Shown here piece by piece: positions 22,611-32,000 of a DNA stretch of 32,000 bases. The notes under the pieces were generated by a model. That model searched no databases. It had not been told where the DNA came from and saw only the letters and a list, made by a program, of their open reading frames with translations. Origin of the DNA: Bigelowiella natans nucleomorph (taxonomy: Eukaryota > Protista > Cercozoa); NCBI GenBank assembly GCA_000002455.1, contig DQ158857.1, positions 60,001 through 92,000 of the forward strand, given 5' to 3'. Position numbers and translations under genes: made by a program. Each line of letters opens with the position of its first letter. The first letter of the stretch is position 1.

Positions 22611-23056
22611 TTAAAATCCAAATTTATTAAATGACGATGCTTTAGCAACTGAATTACTAATTAAAAATTTAGTATTAATCAGGGAATAAACAAAAAACAT
22701 TAAGTTCCTTTCTGAACGATGAAAAACTTTTTTGAGACTAGTATAATTACGAATAGAAATAATTTTTTTTACATCTCTTACTAATTTAAAGTATTCATTA
22801 AAATTTATATCGAGCCTATCTATTCTATAAAACATATAAAATACTTGTCTAATTTTTTTAAGAAAATGAAAACATTTACCATTCTTAAAAATTTGGAGAT
22901 TTTTTTTGTTAATAATTTACTCTCATTTTTTAATATATATTGCTTTTTTTTTTTATTATTCTGATGAGATGGATTTAATATAAAACTAGTAAACTGAAAT
23001 CCACTTAGCCCTGTCCCTTTTATGGATTTTTTTTCGCGAGTATCTAAAAGTATCAT
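22611..23056 (-). CDS. Hypothetical protein, ~141 aa
   Basis: ORFs 22820-23056 and 22611-22835 join in frame via the 20-nt intron 22825-22844. Confidence 0.6.
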
Positions 23057-23106
23057 TCTCGATTGACTAAAGGGATTAACAAATAAATATTCTTATTAAT
23101 ATTTAG

Positions 23107-23734
23107 TTAAATTATTTTATCGATTATGCCATAGTTTAAAGCTTCGACCGATGTCATATGAAAAGGCCTTGTCATATATGATGTTATTTCAGTTGGATGT
23201 CTCATCGTGTGTTTGCTAAATATATTAATCTATTAATATTTCATATACAATTAAATTGTTAAACTTGTATAGTTCTGATTTTTTAATACCTATGTCACTT
23301 GTCTGTGAGGAGCCAATTGAATTCATAAAAACATCAATATACAATAAGCTAGATGGTAAAGCATATCTGTAGTCCTGATTAAAAAAAATTTACTTTACTT
23401 CCATAACTACTGATAAGGCACATTTCATTAAAAGCAATTCCTAGAACTAAAGTTGAAAGTTTTGATTTCATGCTGTTAATAATATCATGCATGCTAATAA
23501 TCTGGTCATAACGTGAAAATAGATTATAATACTATTGAATAATATTTAACCGAACTACCTTTACCATTTATATATAAATTTATGGTTTCATTACTATTTT
23601 TATTTTTTAAGTATAAAATAGTAGAAATAAAAGATTTTGTACTATTAAAATCGATTTCAGTAGACTATTAATCAAAAAAGTACTAAATACAGAATATTTT
23701 TTTCTAGTAAAAATGTAGAGTAGTTAGAGCTCAT
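23107..23734 (-). CDS. clpR: ClpR-like non-catalytic Clp protease subunit, ~183 aa
   Basis: Four 19-nt introns. INLYINGKGSS, STLVLGIAFNE, RYALPSS, QTSDIGI, IFSKHT and MTRPFHMTSVEALNYGIIDKII. The triad Ser/His/Asp positions read Asn/Asp/Pro. Absent from the ORF track. Confidence 0.88.
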
Positions 23735-23799
23735 TATAGAAATCAATGTATATACCTAGATTTTGCACTTTTTTAATTAATATAATCAAAGCACAAATT

Positions 23800-24267
23800 A
23801 TGATAATAACAAGACGAATAAGAAAGAAATTTTCTAAAAGTAAATTTAAGATCTCTCTCGGTATTTTTATAAAATCTTGTGTAAAATGCTCAGATAATTC
23901 AGGTGCTAAACTTTTATCTATAATTGGAGTGTTCAAATCTGGATCAAGGCTAAATAGAATACCAGGAGCATCACCTGGATCAATGATTCTAGGCAGTGTT
24001 AAGAAAGGAAAAATAAAACTAAGAAAAACAAGTATAAAATTTCTAAATAAGTTTTATCAGCCATAATTATTAGACAAAAAAAATCATGGAGAAGAAAAGA
24101 TGGATCTCATGTTTGTTTTGAAGACAATGCCTGTGTAATCGTTAATCTTAAAGGTGAACTCAAAGGTATAATATTATCGAAAAGGAAGTAGTATAACTGG
24201 ACCAGTTGCCAAGGAATGTGCTCAAGTTTGGCCTAGAATATCAAATGCAGCCCATAGCATTATGTAA
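23800..24267 (+). CDS. rpl23: 60S ribosomal protein L23 (uL14)
   Basis: [26 protein letters not shown] and [14 protein letters not shown]. Introns of 20 and 19 nt. Confidence 0.96.
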
Positions 24268-24322
24268 AACTTTTGAACTGATTATATAGGTCTGTGTAAT
24301 GATTAGATATTACAATCATGAT

Positions 24323-24839
24323 TTATTTCTTTTTTCTTACAACTCCTATCGTTTTTCCTCTACGCCCATTAGATTTAGTATGTTGCCCTCGAGTCTTTAG
24401 TCTTGAAAGATGTCTTAATCCTTTATTATTTCTATAAAAGAAATTTTACTTTATTGTCACTAAACGTTTAATATCCTCTTGAAGAGCAGAATCTAAAACA
24501 GTTGAAAGAACATGAAGATTATCACCTGTTAAAAAATCTGCTCTTCTATTCATTAGCCAAGAAGGAAATGCCTTCCTGCTAGATTTTCCAAAAATATTAA
24601 CTACTTCCTCTAGATCTGCTTTTTCAATGTTATATAATCTACAATAACAATACATACTTATAATTAATATCTTTTTTCAATATTTTTCTTAATACATTAC
24701 TCATTCTAATACCAACTCCTTTGATATTTCTTAGACCAAAATTGCATGATAAAGAACCATTAATATTACAATCAAATATTCTTATAAACGTCATGCTTTT
24801 TTCATCTTTATAATTTAATTTATTATTAGGCTTGCCCAT
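24323..24839 (-). CDS. rps18: 40S ribosomal protein S18 (uS13)
   Basis: [19 protein letters not shown] and GLRH...[18 protein letters not shown]. Introns of 19 and 18 nt. Confidence 0.95.
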
Positions 24840-24882
24840 CAAGAAAGATTAAATAAATACAAGCCGTATAACATTGCTGTTA

Positions 24883-25496
24883 ATGATGAACTTGACGACT
24901 ATTCTTATAAAAAGTGATATAAAAAGACTAAATAGAAAGAAAACCCAAAGAATCACATTGAAATTTAAATTATTTTTCGATAAATTAATAAAAATACCAA
25001 GTAGAGCTTTTCAAAAAGAACTACTTAGAACTTATAATATAAAAAAAGCTATCAATAAGTCTTTCATAAGTTTTACTATAACAGAATACTCATTAAAAAA
25101 TCAACGTTCTAACACATTAAATTATATAGTATTCCAAAATTTATTTACTAAATTATATCTAATAATAATCGAGATATTTAAATCAAATAAACAAAATGAA
25201 ATAAAATTATTGGATACAAATTATCTAAGAATCCCAAGATTAAATACAAACATACAAGACCAGCTAACAAAACTGTATTCATTAGTGTTTGCACACGCAT
25301 TCTGCTCGATAAAAATATTTAAAACCTGGCAAAAAATGAACTGTAAAAAAATAAAGTAAAACTGAATCAGTATAGAATGATCACAAAGCGTATAATTCAT
25401 AATACAAATCATCAGATCACTAGCTTTACCTTCTACAGATGTACAAGCAAAACAAAAAGAATAACAAGATTTTTAGACTACCGATCAAGTAACTAG
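24883..25496 (+). CDS. Hypothetical basic protein, ~197 aa
   Basis: ORF 24874-25359 is extended via the 20-nt intron 25356-25375 to TAG 25496. Confidence 0.55.
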
Positions 25497-25556
25497 TTGT
25501 TTATACATTAATACACATTTATTGTCGGATAACATTTATGACCATTGAAAATTTAA

Positions 25557-25989
25557 ATGTACAATAAAATACAAAAGGGTAAACTAATTTTTTCTCTAGC
25601 TGGAAAATATGCAGGAAAATATGGATTTATTGTAAAAAGCTATTCAAAATATAAAAACTTTAAAAACTTTAATCATTTTTTAGTCTGTTTTCTTACGAAT
25701 ACAAAGTTTACAAACAAAGTAATACAAGTAATAAAGAATTCAAAATCTTTTATTTCTAAAATGAACGATCAACCGAAAATTTTTAAATATAAAGTACAAT
25801 TTGATTGAAAAGATCAAACTAAAAATTCTAAATGCTAATCATATAATTGTATCAAAAAAATCAATAAATGTTAACTGGGTTACAGATGACCTTATCCGTA
25901 TGCTATCGAATAAAATTACTCTAAAATATGGGAAAAACGTATTGTTCAAAATAATAGAAAATAAATTCTTATTTAAAAGAAAACATTAA
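25557..25989 (+). CDS. rpl27: 60S ribosomal protein L27 (eL27)
   Basis: KOW motif GKLIFSLAGKYAGKYGFIVK, then ILNANHII and YGKN. 19-nt intron 25794-25812. Confidence 0.85.
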
Positions 25990-26061
25990 AAAAATTGACT
26001 CAGCTACTTTTATGAAATTAATTTAATGATACATATTCATAACTTTATTAATTAAATAATC

Positions 26062-26682
26062 ATGGCCGATCATTTAGCTTCGATTCATGGAACTGAAAAA
26101 GATAGAGTAAACTGTCCTTTTTATTTTAAAATTGGGTATGTACTCTTATTAATAGAGCATGTAGGCACGGTAGTAAGTGTTCTCGCCTTCATAATAAACC
26201 CACATCTAGTCAAACTATTCTATTCGTTAATCTATACCAAAATCCAGCCTTAAAAGCACCTGTAGGCAAAGATGGTTTACCAAAACCAAAAAATCCATAC
26301 AAATCTCAAAAGCAATTTGAAGTATTTTTATTGATAAAGTTTTTTTATGAAGATCTTTTTCAAGAAATGTCCTTTTTTGGCGATATCGATAATATCTATG
26401 TTTGTGATAATTTATCTGATCATCTAATAGGTAATGTTTATGTAAAATTTCTAAAAGATAAGTCAGCAATGAAAGCTCTCAAGTCTGTTAGTGGTAGATT
26501 TTACGATAAAAGACTGATTGTCGCTGAAACATCTCCTGTTACTGACTTTAGAGAATCAACATGTAGACAATACGAAGATAATACATGCAATAGAGGCGGA
26601 TATTGTAACTTTATGCACTTAAAACCCTTAAAAAGGTAATTTATATTTTAACAGATCTTTTAGAAATAAGATATTTTCTTTA
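26062..26682 (+). CDS. u2af1: U2AF small subunit (U2AF35), no RS tail
   Basis: [33 protein letters not shown] domain ([15 protein letters not shown]) and second CCCH finger ([16 protein letters not shown]). Introns of 20, 18 and 19 nt. Confidence 0.96.
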
Positions 26683-26797
26683 AAAAAAAATAAACAATAA
26701 CAGTTTGAATTATAAATTAATTGAATGAATAACCATAAAATAAGTAATTTAATTTTTACCTTAAATATTAGTTTACTTCACGGCTTTTATTGTTATT

Positions 26798-27818
26798 ATG
26801 AAATACTTAAAAATCGAAAAATTTCATTCTCTTCGAGGAGCAAGAATAAGTCATCTAAACAAAAAAAAATTACCAATAATAATGTTAAAAGTAAATTGGA
26901 AAGTTAATGATATATTAATAGGATGGAACTTATAGCTGGTAAAAATTATGGGTAAAGGGAAGATTCAAAAAATGTATCTGTCGATAGTTTGAAAAAGTTT
27001 GAAGATAACATTATGTTAAATTTCGATAAGGTATAATACTATTCATAAGAATAACAAGTCTCTACAAAGATTAATATTGAATAACTCTCAATTAATACCT
27101 TTTATTGTAAATGAACAACAGAGAAAGTATACTCTATTATTTTTAGCATAAATCATTTTTCACCGATTTTAAAAGACTTGGTATTAGCTAATATAACGAC
27201 AAAAATTGGATCCTCTTCGGATTTTCCTGACTTTCAGAGTTCAATTAGCTATTTATAGATAGAAGTCCTATTGATATCGCTCTCAACTACGATCAGTTAG
27301 ATCTTTTGAAAATGTACCTATCATCGATAGAGGCTCTTAATTCTGATGTTAATAACTATAGAAAATATCTGGTTTTGTGCAAAACAAAAGGAATTAATTT
27401 GTTTTCAGAGCCGCAATTTCAAAATGAATCTTCACAATTTAGATATATTAAAACATTAAAAGTGGTTTATAATTGGTTTTTTGAAACCTTATATATAAGA
27501 AATTTCGACTATGCCCTTGAAAAAAATAAAATTACTTATCTTCTAATGAATAATAATGAAAAGGATAGTAATCATTTTTGGACTACTTCAGAATCCACAG
27601 AAAATTCAATTTTACTTAAAACTAATAAAGATCTTAATATTCATTATAATTACATAACTTTTTCACGAAGAAAAAAAAACAATGAAAACTATCACCTAAT
27701 TTATAACGAAAAACTAAAAAATAAAATATGGATAAATGCACCTGAAAATTCTAAAGCAATATTTAGTTCTGAATTTAAGATGAAAATGAAACTACTATCC
27801 CAAAGCTTCTTAATTTAA
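26798..27818 (+). CDS. cpSRP43 (chloroplast SRP 43-kDa subunit)-like chromodomain/ankyrin protein, ~307 aa
   Basis: Introns 26903-21, 26939-57, 27031-49, 27127-46 and 27239-58 give CD1 (LRGAR...VNWKDGTYSWEDSKNVSVDSLKKFED), ankyrin-like repeats, then two degenerate chromodomain-like units. Confidence 0.72.
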
Positions 27819-27827
27819 ATTTAGTAA

Positions 27828-28203
27828 TTATAAATGATTATAACCCAAACTAACTAAGATATCCTCAGTTTCAGTTGTGTTATAGAAGCTTACAAGAACC
27901 TTTTTTTTGTTATCGAATCTTATTCAATTTAGGTTACGTGTTTAGCGAATTGATTTTTTTTATTTTGGTATCTAGAAGATTTTCTAGTAAATTCTTGACA
28001 TTTTTCTTACTAAATCTTTTGTCAATCCTAAAAGTCTATAAAAATATTTAAACAATAGTATTATAGTTTTTAATCAGGAATCTTGATTTTTGAGATATTT
28101 CCAATTTAATATCGTAAAAAGTAGGTTCTTTTAAATAATTTTTAAATATAAGTGAGATTTGGATTTTATTTTGTTTATATTTTCTAATTATTTTATTTTT
28201 CAT
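27828..28203 (-). CDS. rpl23a: 60S ribosomal protein L23a (uL23)
   Basis: Introns of 18 and 19 nt. YNTITFRIDKRFSKKNVK...KKINSLNTFDNKKKVLVSF matches uL23 NTLVF.VD...K..IK...KVNTL...G.KKAYV. Confidence 0.85.
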
Positions 28204-28254
28204 GTAAATATCTATATTATTATAGTAAAAAAAGTAAAACACATTAATACATTA

Positions 28255-29550
28255 ATGACTGATTATAGTTTTTATTTAAAGGAGTCCTATCAAGAAGTGA
28301 ATGAAATTAATAAGAAAAATCATAAATCAAAGTTTAAGTTAACTCATATTTTAAAAATAAAAAAATTTAAACGTGTACTGTCTTGGATGATTTTCTATAG
28401 GTACTTTTTTTCAAAGTAGAAAACTATTTTTTGATTTGTCTTTATTGTTGCTGCTTCAAACATGTAAATACTTTTTTATTAGTTAATGTAGATTTAGTCT
28501 ACAGATCAATATCCTCCAAAACTAATAACTTTAAGAGCATCAAATTTAGTAAATGTATTAATAATGATAAAATCAAAAATGCATCAAACTTTTCTGTTTT
28601 TCTGAAGAATCATTTCTTATCTCATATTTCAGGTGTAAATACTGTAAGCAATTTTCTCAACAATAATAATATGGTTTTAGGCGGCGGTCTGAATGGTAAG
28701 ATAAAATTATGGGATTTTCGTCATAAAATATCCCTAATAAAAAGCTTTGGGTTCAGTAGAAAACCTATAACTCATATTTTATCTAATCCTGAAACAAACC
28801 ATATCGTCATAAATGGTATAGGAAAAACAATACACATATTAGATCCTTACACATTTAGGGACAAATATTGCGTTAATATAAATAAAAATTTTACATGCCT
28901 TCTTTTATCAAAAAGTAATCCTAACATATTATTTACGGGGTGCTCTGACGGGAACATTTACGAATGGGATCTAGAATACCATGTCCTAAAAAATACCTAT
29001 AAAAACCATTTAGGGAAAGTTACAACCATCTGTAGTCTAAAGGAAAAAGATTATTTTCTTTCTGCAAGTGAAGACAAAACATTCGGTTTATGGAAAATTA
29101 ACACGGCTCATAAAATTAAAAAAATATCTAGAACGTTTGCAGGTAACATAAATAACTCAAGCACTCCTTTTTTAGACTCATCATTGGTATGTTATAATTC
29201 AAAAGAAAATAAAGTCTAATAAGTACTTATAGATTTTAATTGCGACAAACGATATTCATAATTTATGTAATGTCAAACAAACGTTAACTGGACATATAGT
29301 CAATAATTTTAGGTGCGATCTTATGATAGTCGAAAAAAACTTTCTTATTGCTTCAGGAGATGCTTTTGGAAAAATTCACTTCTGGTTTTGGAACATAAAA
29401 CGAAGTCCGATAAAATCTATAATTGCGCACAAAAGGGCAGCAACTAGCCTTTTATCTCAATATTCTGGTGATTTCTTTATAAGTGGTAGCTGGGATGGCT
29501 ATATAAAAATATGGAATTTCAGTAAGGAGATCTCTGGTGCCATAATTTAA
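28255..29550 (+). CDS. prp17: WD40 splicing factor Prp17/CDC40
   Basis: Three 19-nt introns. WD repeats with IKLWD, IYEWD..YKNHLGKV, GHIVNNFRC...ASGDAFGKIHFW and SGSWDGYIKIW. Confidence 0.82.
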
Positions 29551-30756
29551 TGCACCTGGAAGTGTCAGAGCTAATAAATCTAGATCCTGTTCTATCAAAT
29601 TTAATATCTATTATAGAATTTTTCTCATCAAGGGTTGTTCTTTTGTCCATATTTACATCAAGCTTATTCAACAATTTTTGTTTAAACTTATGCCACACAA
29701 AGATAAAACCATCTTCAGTTCCTGTTAATATAATACCTTTTTTTGATAGATCTATGCATGTAAAAAAGGATTTTTTTAAATTAAATAAAGGAGTAACTAT
29801 TTTATTGTTCTTATATTTAATAGAATACCTCAGAATTTTTTACTTTAAAAAATAAATCTATTGATACCCCATAAATGAAGCCATCATTGGAAAGTTTTAG
29901 ATCTCTAAGTGCATTATTAAATTTATTAATAGAACCAGTACATTTTGCAGTTCTCAAATCCCAAAATTTGATAGTCCTATCAATACTAGCTATTAATTTT
30001 AAAAAAACTTGAAATGATTTTAGGATTTTTTCTATCGGATATTATCTTCATTATAGTATTCTCATGACCACGCATTGAATTCACTTCTTTATTAGATCTT
30101 GTATCCCAAACCTTAATAACACAATCTCTTCCTCCACTGAATAATATTTTCAATGGGTTAAACAAATTTATCGTATAAACACCAGATTTATGGCCATAGT
30201 ATTGGTTAATTACACGATTTTGTTTAAGGTCCCAACATTTGATTGTTTTATCTAGACTTGCAGAATATAATAAATCTTGATCTTGATCTACTAATATATC
30301 AGTAATTTGATCAATATGACCAGGTAATGTAGATAAAAGCCTACCTTTAGGAAAATTCCAAATTTTTATTGTCCTATCTGAGGATCCAGTAAAAAATAAA
30401 GAATTAGAATAATTAAAATCTATTGATCTAACCCATCTATAAATAATACCGGTACCCTAAATGAGCAAAAATAGTATTATATATCTTCCATTTGAATCTA
30501 ATTGCCATTTCTTTTTTTTGCGTTTTATCATGATACTGTTTTCTAATAACATTGCTTAATCTATATTCAAAGTAATTACATTTTTCTTTTTATATCATTA
30601 TTGGAAGTACATTTATTTTTTTTTATTGACAATATTTTTTCGATTATACTTTCTATTTTTATAAATTAAACGTCTTGAATTTTTTTCCATGATAAACTTA
30701 TTTTCATTAATGATTTTTTGGTGTATTACAAATTTGTTATTTTTATGATTACCCAT
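29519..30756 (-). CDS. prp46: WD40 splicing factor Prp46/PLRG1/PRL1
   Basis: AHLGWVRSIDF, TGSSDRTIKIW, DKTIKCWDL..NRVINQYYGHKSGVY, SGGRDCVIKVWD and FDRTGSRFI. Several short introns. Absent from the ORF track. Confidence 0.92.
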
Positions 30757-30799
30757 TATCCTTTATAATAAAAATTATAACAATTGTTTTTTTATAAGA

Positions 30800-31335
30800 A
30801 TGAAAGGTCTATATAAAAAAAGAATACAACACCTTCTTTTTACAAAAAGAATTAAAAATTTCAAAAAGAATTTACAAAAAAGTCAAAATAAAAAGATCAA
30901 AATAAATTACTTTAGAAACTTTATTAATAATTTAAAAATATTTAATAATAAAAAGAAGAATGATTCATCAATAAAGGACAAAAATAATATTAAAAATATT
31001 ACTCCTAGTAAAATAGTTTTTATAGAGAAGGAATTTGCTTTATATATTTCAAAGTTATTCTTATCAAATAAAATATACAAATCAATGACTAAAGTATGTT
31101 CATAAAGCATTAGATCCGTTGCTATAATTTTTGTTTCTCTCTAGGATATAATAGAATTGATAACACTAAATTCTTTAAATGGATGAAAAGTCGTCAAAAA
31201 ATTTCAAAATCTATACTTGTAAAATTTATAAAATTAGATTCACAACCTTCTCTATAAAATACATAGCCTTAAATTTTATGAGACAGAATATAAAGAACTA
31301 AAAAGTAAGAAAACTATAGATAGAACACGAAAATG
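30800..31335 (+). CDS. Lys-rich hypothetical protein
   Basis: ORF 30800-31105 continues through 20- and 19-nt introns. 3' end approximate. Confidence 0.5.
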
Positions 31336-31394
31336 AATAAAACAACATGATAAATACCTTTTAATTAGCCAGTTATATTGTTATCTTACAATTC

Positions 31395-32000
31395 ATGGAT
31401 TCCTTAAAAAGTTTATGCCACTCATTAACTATACAAGATTTAGATATTAAGCTTCAAATTTATAAACAAATAAAAAACAACATCAAGCACTATAATTTTT
31501 TTAATGTCATAAAAAATTCTATCAATAAACTTCCACTAACTCTAGCTATAGTTAGAATGGTATTAAATAAAAAATAGCCTTTGATTATTGAATTAAATTT
31601 AGATAGGATAAGAATTTTTAATGATAAAATATTTTATTTTTTGATTAATAAACCTTTAAAATTACTATCAATACTAGAAACAACAATAAGTGAAGTAATA
31701 TTTAATAAATTTAACTTACTGACTAATAATGTTAAAGTTTAACTATCAATACTAGCTAATTTTTGTTTCAGTTTTGAAACCCGAGATACCTTATGTCCTA
31801 AATCATCTTCTAATTGACAAACTTATCATAACTAACATCCAAGTCTCTCAATTAGAATTACTTTGTTTGGCCGGTATGCAAGAAAAGTATAATGAAAATC
31901 AAAAACTCAGAAGTTCTTTAAAAATAAATAGTTAATCAAAAAAATTTAATATCTCAAAAAAAAATTCAACTTAGTTTAGTTTATTTTAGTAAAATCCAAG
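31395..32000 (+). CDS. MCM-family replicative helicase subunit, N-terminal part (MCM5-like), runs off window
   Basis: After 18- and 19-nt introns: IELNLDRIRIFNDKIFYFLINKPLKLLSILETTISEV...IDKLII, resembling the MCM N-domain pattern V.L.DL..FD..L...L...P...L...E.A..EV. Confidence 0.55.

Noticed and set aside
26725-26907. ORF 26725-26907 as a separate gene
   Set aside because: It is an alternative frame over exon 1 of the cpSRP43-like gene; splicing it at 26903 hits a stop within five codons.
22056-31110. ORFs 22056-22337, 23724-23936, 25221-25412, 26227-26469, 29550-29855 and 30907-31110
   Set aside because: Antisense to better-supported genes on the other strand.
1-32000. Mass pseudogenisation or stop-codon reassignment as the cause of the fragmented ORFs
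   Set aside because: Removing 18-21-nt GT-AG segments restores frames and conserved motifs under the standard code, and Brr2 is open for 1892 codons.
1-32000. CRISPR arrays, mobile elements, rRNA operon, telomeric repeats
   Set aside because: No repeat-spacer arrays, transposase/RT motifs, GC-richer rRNA blocks or telomere repeats were seen.

Overview
Very AT-rich, extremely gene-dense eukaryotic DNA. The ORFs in the track are fragmented because nearly every gene is cut by GT-AG introns of only 18-21 nt (mostly 19). Together with a mix of eukaryotic housekeeping genes and cyanobacterial-type plastid genes, this points to a chlorarachniophyte nucleomorph chromosome (Bigelowiella/Lotharella type; the species cannot be fixed from the sequence alone). 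Manual splicing recovers about 30 genes. Ribosomal proteins: eS1, eS21, eS27, uL14, uS13, eL27, uL23. Spliceosome components: SF3B2, Yju2, Brr2, Snu23, U2AF35, Prp17, Prp46 and a U4 snRNA. Also present: a BRF1/TFIIB-family factor, an MCM-like gene cut by the window end, tRNA-Lys(CUU) with a 5-nt intron, and plastid-function genes (ClpP, inactive ClpR, RNase J, sigma-70). The best new call is a 6-exon gene at 26798-27818, not visible in the ORF track, with the chromodomain-ankyrin-chromodomain architecture of the green-lineage LHC chaperone cpSRP43. Other oddities: an apparently shortened U4, a Yju2 gene with ATC at its initiator position, antisense gene overlaps, a 1278-aa orphan, and a structured intergenic ncRNA candidate. 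All homology calls come from motifs I recognised by eye; no database search was run.
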